Positions 1 to 11,552 of a DNA stretch of 64,000 bases are shown piece after piece. The stretch is from Octopus vulgaris (lineage: Eukaryota). The DNA is taken from the NCBI GenBank assembly GCA_951406725.2, contig OX597814.1, positions 218,364,001-218,428,000 of the forward strand, written 5' to 3'. The notes under the pieces were generated by a model. That model searched no databases. It was not told the origin of the DNA and saw only the letters and a program-made list of their open reading frames with translations. A program made the position numbers and the translations under genes. The number at the start of each line of letters is the position of its first letter. The first letter of the stretch is position 1.

Positions 1-34
1 GGGATATTTTTGTACTTATTCGGTATTTCCTCAG

Positions 35-329
35 ACAATAACAGAATGGCCATTGTTTGTATTAATACAAACAGTTCTTTAATTAGTTTGGACATCATTA
101 AAGTGTTTTTAATGCCAGAAGCTAGGTAAGTTTTATAACAACACAATGACCATAATTGAGATGGAATGAAAAATGTTATTGTAACATATTTCCGAATAAA
201 CGAATTCTTTCAGTCATTTACAATGGTGTTACTCGTTTTCCTACTGTGATATCCGGGTCATGCTTCATCGTCTTGCAGTTCTGCAGAGTATTGCAAAGCT
301 GCGGCAGTTTGCGTATCTGAAGATATGAG
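35..329 (+). CDS. Possible last two exons (35-125, 214-329) of an unknown upstream gene or lncRNA
   Basis: tttcctcag|exon|gtaagt, an 88-nt intron ending ttctttcag, then an in-frame continuation to TGA; no recognisable protein. Confidence 0.25.
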
Positions 330-1160
330 ACTTCCTCACCAAATAGTAAATCAGTTTCATTTCGATTAGATAAGAAAATGAGAGCCTTTAAAGGAAGAAA
401 AAGAAGAAAAGTGGTTGAACACGGTCAGGACTACTAAAAATAAAGGCTAGTTTTATTTAAATGATTAGATGATGGCTCTAATGAAAAGAAAAATAGATAA
501 TACTAACCAACGGACGGAGATCTTTAAAGAACAGAAATGCAAACACTGGCGTTTAAGTCTATCTTCGTGGCGTTTCGTAGAGAAAAGATTCGTTTGGTAG
601 GACGCTGGTCTATCACATGGAACTGTTAGCTGCCACAAAGAGTGAGCTGCACCAATGAAGGCAATGTAAAATTAAACATTCGGTCAAGAAATACGATGAA
701 ACGACTGCATTAGATTGAAACTTAACTTATGAGTAAGTAATTTAATGTTTTATCCAGCCGACCATATCCCTCCTACAAGAAAGCACAGATATATTTTATT
801 AATAATCTTAATACACAATCTCGATATGAGCACAAAAAAGAAAGAGGTAAACACCGTGAACTCTTGCGATTCGCCAGCGATATTCATTTTATTTATACAA
901 CTAAAGAGCTTGAAGAGTGCAGGGGCCTCACACATTTTCATCCACTTTTATAAACATATGGTTTTAGGTTTTAAAAATGTCTGTATTCATATAGCATAGG
1001 GTGTAGACTAAGGGGCCATCTGCTGGAGGACTGAGTTTGCAGCCCAGTTTAGATTTCCGAACGAAGCAATTATATTACACGAGTTTCACATATCTTTTTT
1101 CCCCCCATTTAAGCCATAGGAACTTGTGTCTAGACACAGGAAATTAAACACATGTAATCA

Positions 1161-1332
1161 TGCGCAGGAGTGGCTGTGTGGTAAGAAGCTTGCTAACCAA
1201 CCACATGGTTCCGGGTTCAGTCCCACTGTGTGGCATCTTGGGCAAGTGTCTTCTACTATAGCCCCGGGCCGACCAATGCCTTGTGAGTGGATTTGGTTAG
1301 ACGGAAACTGACAGAAGCCTGTCGTATATATG

Positions 1333-1365
<33 letters not shown>

Positions 1366-1560
1366 TTGTGTGTCTGTGTTTGTCCCCCCTAGCATTGCTT
1401 GACAACCGATGCTGGTGTGTTTACGTCCCCGTCACTTAGCGGTTCGGCAAAAAGAGACCGATAGAATAAGTACTGGGCTTACAAAAAGAATAAGTCCCGG
1501 GGTCGAGTTGCTCGACTAAAGGCGGTGCTCCAGCATGGCCGCAGTCAAATGACTGAAACA
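1161..1560 (+). mobile_element. tRNA-derived SINE family A, full length
   Basis: A-box TGGCTGTGTGG, B-box GGTTCAGTCCC, internal (TA)n(TG)n, tail AGTAAAAG; more than 10 copies in the window. Confidence 0.9.
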
Positions 1561-3154
1561 AGTAAAAGAGAGTAAAAGAGTAAAAGAGAGTAAAAGAGTA
1601 AAAGAGAGTAAAAGAGTAAAAGAGTAAAAGAGAGTAAAAGAGTAAAAGAGAGTAAAAGAGAGTAAAAGAGAGTAAAAGAGTAAAAGAGTAAAAGAGAGTA
1701 AAAGAGAGTAAAAGAGAGTAAAAGAGAGTAAAAGAGTAAAAGAGAGTAAAAGAGAGTAAAAGAGAGTAAAAGAGTAAAAGAGTAAAAGAGAGTAAAAGAG
1801 AGTAAAAGAGAGTAAAAGAGTAAAAGAGTAAAAGAGAGTAAAAGAGTAAAAGAGTAAAAGAGAGTAAAAGAGTAAAAGAGAGTAAAAGAGAGTAAAAGAG
1901 AGTAAAAGAGTAAAAGAGTAAAAGAGAGTAAAAGAGAGTAAAAGAGTAAAAGAGAGTAAAAGAGTAAAGAGAGAAAAGAGAGTAAAAGAGAGTAAAAGAG
2001 TAAAGAGTAAAAGAGAGTAAAAAGAGTAAAAGAGTAAAAGAGAGTAAAAGAGTAAAAGAGAGTAAAGAGAGTAAAAGAGTAAAAGAGTAAAAGAGAGTAA
2101 AAGAGTAAAAGAGAGTAAAAGAGAGTAAAAGAGAGTAAAAGAGTAAAGAGAGTAAAAGAGAGTAAAAGAGAGTAAAAGAGTAAAAGAGAGTAAAAGAGAG
2201 TAAAAGAGTAAAAGAGAGTAAAAGAGAGTAAAAGAGAGTAAAAGAGTAAAAGAGAGTAAAAGAGAGTAAAAGAGAGTAAAAGAGAGTAAAAGAGTAAAAG
2301 AGAGTAAAAGAGTAAAAGAGAGTAAAGAGAGTAAAGAGTAAAAGAGAGTAAAAAGAGAGTAAAAGAGAGTAAAAGAGTAAAAAGAGTAAAAGAGAGTAAA
2401 AGAGTAAAAGAGAGTAAAAGAGAGTAAAAGAGAGTAAAAGAGTAAAAGAGTAAAAGAGAGTAAAAGAGAGTAAAAGAGAGTAAAAGAGTAAAAGAGTAAA
2501 AGAGAGTAAAAGAGTAAAAGAGTAAAAGAGAGTAAAAGAGTAAAAGAGAGTAAAAGAGAGTAAAAGAGTAAAAGAGTAAAAGAGAGTAAAAGAGAGTAAA
2601 AGAGAGTAAAGAGTAAAGAGTAAAAGAGAGTAAAAGAGAGTAAAAGAGAGTAAAAGAGTAAAGAGTAAAAGAGAGTAAAAGAGAGTAAAAGAGAGTAAAA
2701 GAGTAAAAGAGTAAAAGAGAGTAAAGAGTAAAAGAGAGTAAAAGAGAGTAAAAGAGAGTAAAAGAGTAAAAGAGTAAAAGAGAGTAAAAGAGAGTAAAAG
2801 AGAGTAAAAGAGTAAAAGAGTAAAAGAAGTAAAAGAGAGTAAAAGAGAGTAAAAGAGTAAAAGAGAGTAAAAGAGAGTAAAAGAGAGTAAAAGAGTAAAA
2901 GAGAGTAAAAGAGAGTAAAAGAGTAAAGAGAGTAAAAGAGTAAAAGAGTAAAAGAGAGTAAAAGAGTAAAAGAGTAAAAGAGAGTAAAAAGAGTAAAAGA
3001 GAGTAAAGAGTAAAAGAGAGTAAAGAGTAAAAGAGAGTAAAAGAGTAAAAGAGAGTAAAAGAGTAAAAGAGAGTAAAAGAGTAAAAGAGAGTAAAAGAGT
3101 AAAAGAGAGTAAAAGAGTAAAAGAGAGTAAAAGAGTAAAAGAGAGTAAAAGAGT
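1561..3154 (+). repeat. 1.6 kb purine-rich satellite of AGTAAAAG/AGAGTAAAAG units (expanded SINE-A tail)
   Basis: Directly continues the SINE tail; mixed 8- and 10-bp units. Confidence 0.97.
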
Positions 3155-3657
3155 CCTCAATAATAAAACAGTGTTGCATATGGCACAGATAGTAAGGTCG
3201 TCGGACTAAATCATTTGTCGAACATAGTTTTATGTCTTGGTTTCGAATTCACATCACGCTGGAGTTTACTTTGCTCGTCATCGTTTCAGGATAGATGAAT
3301 CAGTGGCGTTTATACCAGTCATAGCAGACCTTCGGTACTTTCTGAATGGTACAGCCTAACGAAAGAATACCTTGAATTTTTAATAGTGTGGCCCGCCTTA
3401 TGATGAGTCATGTTTCATGTGGCCCTCTTCTCGAAAAACGGTTACCCAAGCCTGATTGACGTTTAGTCAATTCAAAACCACCACTGCAAAAATCATCCTT
3501 ATGCTTATTTAAAAGAAATTATAAGGAATAAGATAAATGTAAAAAGAACATACAAACGTATACAAGAAAGAGTCAACAACTAGAGGAATTCACTCTTCTT
3601 GTAAATTTACGGAGCTCCTTTAGAAACGTACCTTCCAGTCAGGTATTATTAGTGATT

Positions 3658-4026
3658 GTGGAGGCAGCGGACTCGCGGTCGGAGGATCGCGGTTTCGGTT
3701 CCCAGACCGGGCGTTGTGTGTGTTTATTGAGCGAAAACACCTAAAGCTCCACGAGGCTCCGGCAGGGGGTGGTGGCGACCCCTGTTGTACTCTTTCGACT
3801 CAACTTTCTCTCACTCCACTCTTACTTCCTGTTTCTGTTGTACCTGTATTTCAAGGGGCCGGCCTTGTCACTCTCTGTGTCACGCTGAATATCCCCGAGA
3901 ACTACGTTAAGGATGCACGTGTCTGTGGAGTGCTCAGCCACTTACACGTTAATTTCACGAGCAGGCTGTTCCGTTGATTCGGATCAACCGGAACCCTCAT
4001 CGTCGTAACCGACGGAGTGCTTCCCC
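3658..4026 (+). mobile_element. tRNA-derived SINE family B (A-box region deleted)
   Basis: Matches the other B copies (gtggagg...acggagtgcttcc). Confidence 0.9.
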
Positions 4027-4298
4027 ATTAATGATACGAGAAGCCCGAGAGTATCGTTTGAAAATTCTTGATTGTTCTTAATCAGATTTTTTTTACTGTG
4101 CACACTCGTTAGGGTTAGGGTTAGTGTTAGGGTTAGTGTTAGGGTTAGATGATGTGCACTCGCTTTACCTTCGCCCATTTTATGTGATATACGACAGAAA
4201 TAATTAAAAAGCAATTGAGTAAATATGTTTAAGACATATGCAAGTTTTGTTATTCTTATTTTTGTTTTCAGTTTACAGAGAAAATAAATTATAGAACA

Positions 4299-4693
4299 CT
4301 AGCAGTATCGCCCGGCGTTGCTCAGGTTTGTAAGGGAAATAACTATATAAGCATTTTTAGAGAGTTATAGCCAAAAAATAGCAAAAACTGCATTAAAAAT
4401 GGGAAAAAAATGATGGTAATTTTTTTTTTAAATCGTTGACTCATCGTAGACATTTTTAGAGAGTTACTTCCCTTATATAATAGCGAAAGAATGCATTAAA
4501 ATGGAAAAAATGATGGTAAATTTTTTTTAAATCGTAGACTCATCGTAGACGCGCGCTAATACCCAGAAGGGCTCGATATGAATCACGACTATAAGATACT
4601 CGGTTTTGGTTAAACTGCACCGCTAAATGTGGGAGTATTTAGGAATCTAAATCGTAGGAGACAAACACAGAACTTCACTTTTATATATAAAGA
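4299..4693 (-). mobile_element. Non-autonomous Helitron family E (~395 bp)
   Basis: On the minus strand: 5' TC, subterminal GC hairpin, 3' CTAG, A|T target, no TSD; four copies in the window. Confidence 0.85.
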
Positions 4694-5015
4694 TATAACT
4701 CAGTGACCATTTGGCCCCTCGTATCCTTAAACAATACCTGACTAATAAAAGTAAATTACCTCCCCTTATATCGTCCGACATGATTGGTTTCATTCGCGAG
4801 TGTCCGTTTTCCGTTTGTTTTATTTTTTAGTATCAAATACCTAAAAATGGACGAATCTTTCTAATTTTTTGCATACATAATTTATTTTGTATATGTTTTC
4901 CACTTTCATAACTTTTTTTTTCATTTGTATTTCATTTTCTTGGAGAGGTACGTTTCTAAAGGAGCACCAAATTTGCAATATATTATTTTAGGTGATAAAT
5001 CTGATAAATTTAACC

Positions 5016-5230
5016 AACCGCTAAGTGACGGGGACGTAAACACACCAGCATCGGTTGGGGGGACAAACACAGACACACAAACGTGTGGTAAGTAGCTTGC
5101 TTACCAACCACACGGTTCCGGATTCAGTCCCACTGCGTGGCATCTTGGGCAAGTGTCTTCTGCTATAGCCTCGGGCCGACCAATGCCTTGTGAGTGGATT
5201 TGGTAGACGGAAACTGAAAGAAGCCTGTCG

Positions 5231-5318
<88 letters not shown>

Positions 5319-5528
5319 TTTGTGTGTCTGTGTTTGTCCCCCCAACCGATGCTGGTGTGTTTACGTCCCCGTCACCTAGCGGTTCGGCAAAAAGAGAGCG
5401 ATAGAATAAGTACTGGGCTTACAAAGAATAAGTCCCGGGGTCGATTTGCTCGACTAAAGGTGGTGCTCCAGCATGGCCGCAGTCAAATGACTGAAACAAG
5501 TAAAAGAGTAAAAAAAGTGAAGAGAGTA
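5016..5528 (+). mobile_element. SINE A with a 67-bp self-derived inverted segment at its 5' end
   Basis: 5083-5528 is SINE A; 5016-5082 is the reverse complement of 5318-5384. Confidence 0.88.
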
Positions 5529-5734
5529 ATTACTTGTTTTCTCAAAATGCTTTTGAAATGGATAGTTTGAAATTAACTTTGTTTGCTGGAATAGTTCTGT
5601 GAAATTATATAATCTATTAGATTACTCTTGACATTGTATAATCCACAAGGTTATTTCTGTTATACAAGACTGCATCGTGAATAAGGAATACACCAGTAGA
5701 ATGAGGCATTGTTTGCAACGTTGTTTTATTTACT

Positions 5735-6111
5735 GGGAAGCACTCCGTCGGTTACGACGACGAGGGTTCCGGTTGATCCGAATCAACAGAACAGCCTGCT
5801 CGTGAAATTAACGTGTAAGTGGCTGACCACTCCACAGACACGTGTACCCTTAACGTAGTTCTCGGGGATATTCAGCGTGACACAGAGAGTGACAAGGCCG
5901 GCCCTTTGAAATACAGGTACAACAGAAACAGGAAGTAAGAGAAAGTTGTGGTGAAAGAGTACAGCAGGGATCACCACCACCCCCTGCCGGAGCCTCGTTG
6001 AGTTTTAGGTGTTTTCGCTCAATAAACACTCACAACGCCCGGTCTGGGAATCGAAACCGCGATCCTACGACCGCGAGTCCGCTGCCCTAACCACTGGGCC
6101 ATTGCGCCTCC
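5735..6111 (-). mobile_element. SINE B with 56-bp flanking direct repeat
   Basis: Direct repeats at 5679-5734 and 6112-6167. Confidence 0.92.
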
Positions 6112-7051
6112 GAATAAGGAATACACCAGTAGAATGAGGCGTTGTTTGCAACATTGTTTTATTTACTATATCCTGGTCAAACAGGGACATTATTGATATA
6201 TTATTTCAGGTCAAACGATACATTATTTCATATGACAATATTATTATATTTCACATCACTTGCATGTACAATATACATGTAACAGGATCTGGAATCGGTA
6301 TCACTGAAGGGGTGTCCGATCCGATCCCGTCACATTCAATTTAGTTAAATATAACAGACGAAGTCAGGTTATCTGGGAAAGACAGCAAATGTTGTTTATT
6401 ACTCGTGATGGTGTACGTATTTCTGAGGGGGACCGACAGCCGAATCTGTTGTACTGCTTCTTGTAGGCTGGTCGAAGTGATTCGATGTGGTCTGCTGCTA
6501 AGTCGGTGCGTAGTTCTCAGAGACTGCCAAATGCACGTCTGTTCACGAGGGCTGAAAGGGCCAGAGAGAGTGAGTGAGTTGACGGTGTTTTAGGGGTCAG
6601 TTTCCCGCATAAATAAGCTATGTTTTCTATGAATGTTCCTATATCAACATTATTAGCATCAAACTCAAATTTTGTTACTTGCATATTTTGACAAGTCCGA
6701 GAATGTAGCACTACTCAGAGTAACTCATATTCTTAAAGAGAGCAGGGGACTTGTTTCGTTACAATTACTTTTTGACCTTCCAATGGAATTCTTTAGATGT
6801 AACCTTGCTTGCTGCAAACTATTCAGCAAATCGTGAATGTCACAACTGTTCTTCGATTCCTTTGATTGGCACTAAATTACTCCATCGAATACGAAATACT
6901 CTGAGTAGCCGCCCGGCGTTAAATCTCTACAACTTTGCTTCGTGGTAATATGTTAAAAACTGCGTCAACAGCTTTCAGATTTATTGGTCTAAATATTTCT
7001 CCTAATTGTTGAATGTAATTTATGTCGTTTGCTTTGCTTTGTTTTGTTTTG

Positions 7052-7469
7052 GGATCTTTTCGGTTTGACCGGCAGTTTTTTCTAGCGGTGTCATATAAAA
7101 TTGTCACCCATAATTATGACCCTTGTATCGATCTATTACATTTCAATCTGTTTTAGGGTTAGGGTTAGGGTGGGAGGGTATCTTTTTTTTTTTTCAGAAA
7201 TGTAAATAAACCCAATCTGTTTCTTAAACGAGGGACATATTCATACGGCACAGAATGTTGGGTTTTTTTACCTCAATAGACGTCATTGATTGGTTGAAAT
7301 TGCAGAAATTGAAGAAAAACAACAACTATCTTACAAACTATAGAATTTTCTCAATAAAGCCAAGAGAAAAAGATGTTTTATAAACACATTCTACCAATAT
7401 ACGAAGTTTAAAAGTGTTTAGTTACGTGGAAATTATTTTAAAAAACTGCCGTTCAAACCGAAAAGATCC
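7052..7469. mobile_element. MITE with GG termini and 8-bp TSD (Merlin-like)
   Basis: TIR GGATCTTTTCGGTTTGA.CGGCAGTTTTTT; TSD TTGTTTTG; internal TTAGGG repeats. Confidence 0.8.
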
Positions 7470-7874
7470 TTGTTTTGTTTTAGCTCTACAGTTGATGTCA
7501 TAGATCATGTCACCTAGGTAATGGTTCGAATTTGTCATGGACATGCTCAATATTCTACAGGATTACAATAAAGTTTACCTACATGTGTCTTATGTTTTGA
7601 CACTGATACTATCGGTCAATACTACAAACATGAAACTGAGTGAACTGATCCGTTCTTGTGAGGCTTTAAACAGCAGCAATATCATATGGAACAGATTGAC
7701 GAGGCGGTTGTCTGGAAGCCACGTTAAGCTACTTTTCACATTTAAATGCTAAAAATCTTGGCTCACTGTTTCACTCAAAATCTTGGCTCACTGTTTCACT
7801 CGGTGGAAAAGTTCATGTTGACTGATATAAATGGTAATAGACTGCTATTATAGTTTAAGATGCTGATATAATTA

Positions 7875-8262
7875 TGGATGGAAGCACTCCGTCGATTACG
7901 ACGACGAGGGTTCCGGTTGATCCGAATCAACGGAACAGCCTGCTCGTGAAATTAACGTGTAAGTGGCTGAGCACTCCACAGACACGTGTACCCTTAACGT
8001 AGTTCTCGGGGATATTCAGCGTGACACAGAGAGTGACAAGGCCGGCCCTTTGAAATACAGGTACAACAGAAACAGGAAGTAAGAGTGAGAGAAAGTTGTG
8101 ATGAAAGAGTACAGCAGGGATCACCACCATCCCCTGCCGGAGCCTCGTGGAGCTTTAGGTGTTTTCGCTCAATAAACACTCACAACGCCCGGTCTGGGAA
8201 TCGAAACCTCGATCCTATGACCGCGAGTCCGCTGCCCTAACCACTGGGCCATTGCGCCTCCA
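7875..8262 (-). mobile_element. SINE B
   Basis: TSD CTGATATAATTA. Confidence 0.93.
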
Positions 8263-8349
8263 CTGATATAATTAAAGACATACGACAAAATCCCTGTAGC
8301 TGTTATGAACACTCAACTTGTAAACTGATATTGTCACACTTTATTCTCC

Positions 8350-8675
8350 ACAACGTGGCAATAATGCATCTCTTCTCTGTTTGCGACCACACAAAATATG
8401 CAGGATAGTGGATTAGGCGAAACATGGATATACAACCACAAGCAATATGGACGGCACGCCAGTCCGTCGCAGGTGAGCTGCAAGATGCAGGTGGAAAGAA
8501 TGAGAGAAAGTTGTGGCGAAAGAGTCAGCAGAAGTTTTGCTATTACCTTCTGCCGGAGCCGCATGGAGCTTAGGTGCTTCGCTCATAAACACACACATCG
8601 CCCGGTCTGAGATTCGAACCCGCTATCCCCCGACCGCGAGTCCGCTGCTCTAACCACTAGGCCATGTGCCTCCAC
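8350..8675 (-). mobile_element. SINE B-related subfamily (same tRNA head, different 3' body)
   Basis: Head gtggaggcacatggcctagtggttagagcagcggactcgcggtc with B-box GGTTCGAATC. Confidence 0.75.
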
Positions 8676-8751
8676 TAGGTAGTATGGTTACAGAGTTCTT
8701 AATGTATTGTGGATGTCTGTAAGCTGATTAACTGCATTAATAATGTTTCCG

Positions 8752-8951
8752 AATTTTGGCGCAAGGTCAGTAAGTTCGGAGGAGAGGGCAAGTCGATTAC
8801 ATTGACCCCCGGTTCTCAGCTGGTGCTTATTTTATCGTTTCCGAAAGTCAAAGTCGACCTCGGCGGAATTTGAACTCAGAACGTAAAGACGGACGAAATG
8901 CCGCTGAGCATTTTGGCCAGCGTGCTAACGATTCTGTCAGCTTGCCGCCCT
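8752..8951 (-). mobile_element. SINE family C (Nin/Deu-like central domain)
   Basis: Reverse complement of the ggcggcgagctggcagaatcgttagc...ccgaggtcgacttt consensus. Confidence 0.8.
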
Positions 8952-9030
8952 TTTTAAGCTCATTAACAATGATATTTTAATATTTTAATGAAATTCTTGT
9001 TGAGTATTGCTTGAGAGTGGCTTTATGGAT

Positions 9031-9229
9031 CTTTTATTTGTTTCAGTCATTTGACTGCGGGCATGCTGGAGCACCGCCTTTAGTCGAACAAATCGACCCC
9101 GCTACTTATTCCTTGTAAGCCTAGTACTTATTCTATCGGTCTCTTTTGCCGAACCACTAAGTTACGGGGACGTGAACGCATCAGCATCGGTTGTCAAGCG
9201 ATTGTGGGGGGACAAACGCAGACACACAA

Positions 9230-9296
<67 letters not shown>

Positions 9297-9458
9297 ACGG
9301 GCTTCTTTCAGTTTCCGTCTACCAAATCCACTCAAAAGACTTTGGTCGACCCGAGGCTATAGTTGAAGACACTTGCCCAAGGTGTCACGCAGTGGGATTG
9401 AACCCGGAACCATGTGGTTGGTAAGCAAGGTACTTACCACGCAGCCACTCCTGCGCCT
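9031..9458 (-). mobile_element. SINE A
   Basis: Full-length match to family A. Confidence 0.9.
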
Positions 9459-9874
9459 ATAAATATTAATTTTCTCTGTAGCTATATGCTTTTTTTGGAA
9501 CTAAACGACTAGCCTATTTAACAGTAACTAACAGTTAAAGCATACAATTGTTTTATAGCAAAAATAGTTAATTATGCTTATATAAACGTTATTCATTTGC
9601 TATTTGGTGTATTACAATAATTGCTTGGTATACATAAAATTCTGTACCACCCAAGGATAATAATCTGTTAGCTATAGATGGTACACAGCCTGATCAAACA
9701 TGTAAACTTGACTATATTGGATCTAAAAAGATTCTATAACATCGAAATTGTGATGCGTCAATTCTCAAACATATTACGGTTCCTCTAGTTTTAATCCAGA
9801 GTTAAGCAACAGAAATAGTAGACATTTTTATACGCAATTAAACAATATTCTCTTTCTCACTCTCTCTCTCTTTC

Positions 9875-9974
9875 ATGTATGTATGTATGTATGTATGTAT
9901 GTATGTATGTATGTATGTATGTATGTATATATATATATATATATATATGTATATACACACACACACACACACAC

Positions 9975-10024
<50 letters not shown>

Positions 10025-10136
10025 TAGTTGAATGAATTATCCTAGTATGGATAATTCGGTTAACCGATACCTGGGTAGCAAATTCACGTCGAGAATAAAG
10101 GAATTTTGTTAAATCGTCGTTCAACTCCATTCTTTC

Positions 10137-10182
<46 letters not shown>

Positions 10183-10193
10183 ATATACATATA

Positions 10194-10238
<45 letters not shown>

Positions 10239-10325
10239 TATTAGAGACAAAACCACTATTTTGCAAAACAAACAAGGAAAGACTTAACCAATACATATAT
10301 ATATATATACATATATATATATCTA

Positions 10326-10407
<82 letters not shown>

Positions 10408-10410
10408 TGC
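9875..10410. repeat. Compound (TATG)n/(TA)n/(CA)n microsatellite block
   Basis: Seen directly. Confidence 0.9.
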
Positions 10411-10413
10411 ATA

Positions 10414-11552
10414 TCTCTCTATAGAAACGGCAGTTTGTCTGTCTGTGTGTCTGTCAGGTTGTACCCTCATCCTGACCACGGCTTTCAACCGATTCTGATG
10501 AAACTTGACACACACATAGCCCAATGTCATAATTCAAAACTAACGCAGCGAAAATTTTGAAAAGTTCCCCCAGTTCTGAAAAAAATCGATAAATTCGACA
10601 TGGGGTCGAGAATCTAAGCTTTTTATATGCAACACATTTTCTGTTGTAGTTTTCGCAACTTGCAATCGATTTTCACCAAACTCATGGTGAAGCTTAATGT
10701 TACCTAAGAAACTTATTTCTGACGTTAGTTTTTCATGCAATACCTTACCATCAGAAAAAATCGATAAAATCATGCCATTTTGGGAAATCGCGTTCAAATT
10801 CAAGATGACATATTTTCGACAATATCTTTCATAAATTGGCAGGAATTTTTAAAAAATTAACAGCGAGCATCATGTCTGCTCCAAGGAGCTATATGGCCCT
10901 TTTTATTCCAATATGATACTTTATTACTGGAAAAAATCGGTTAATTAAATCATATGTGGCACACATAGCAAACCGATTTGTGTATTAAACACAAACCACA
11001 GACTGTCTAAGGGACGCAACTCGACCTTTTTAACTCTCGGAACACGTGGGGTAAGTATCCCAAAATGTATAAAAATGTACAAAATCGGCAAAAAAGCGGG
11101 CAGCAATGTGAGTGACAACAACGAAAAAGTCAAAAGTGACCAAACTGAACAAACGAATGGAAAACGTTTTTTGGTGCACACGACAAATGCGGTTTATAAT
11201 AAACCAAGAGTTTGCAAGTAGCGTCCGAGGACCCTTAGGGTACGTCAAAAATTTAAGGTAAAACGTTTGGGGTGGTAGTTATAAAGAAAGTGTAAACAAA
11301 AAAAGTATTCGAATAACTTGCGGCTGCAGAAGTGGCGGTGTTAGGGGTAAAGTTTCGAATGTAATTTCTTCCTGGTAGGAATTGGTTGGGTTGAATTATC
11401 GATAGTTGTTTGATAGTTATTTGGGAGTGAAGAGAAGACATTGCAACCTACACGTGCGCCTTCGTTCCCTAGAGGGAAAGGACTAGATTAGGATTAGTCG
11501 TTGCCTACTAGGAGCTCTTACATACCCGGGCAGCGCCGGGCTATGCTGCTAG
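10414..11552 (+). mobile_element. Non-autonomous Helitron (~1.14 kb)
   Basis: A|TC start, (TCTG)n near the 5' end, hairpin CCCGGGCAGCGCCGGG, CTAG|T end. Confidence 0.85.

Noticed and set aside
1561-3154. CRISPR-like or coding array
   Set aside because: No unique spacers; simple 8/10-bp units in a eukaryotic context.
1436-3179. 574-aa and 544-aa L/F/S/Y/T-rich ORFs
   Set aside because: They are translations of the stop-free strand of the satellite, not membrane proteins.
6278-6931. Possible solo LTR (TGTAAC...CTACA)
   Set aside because: LTR-like composition, but no matching TSD at the candidate ends; left uncalled.
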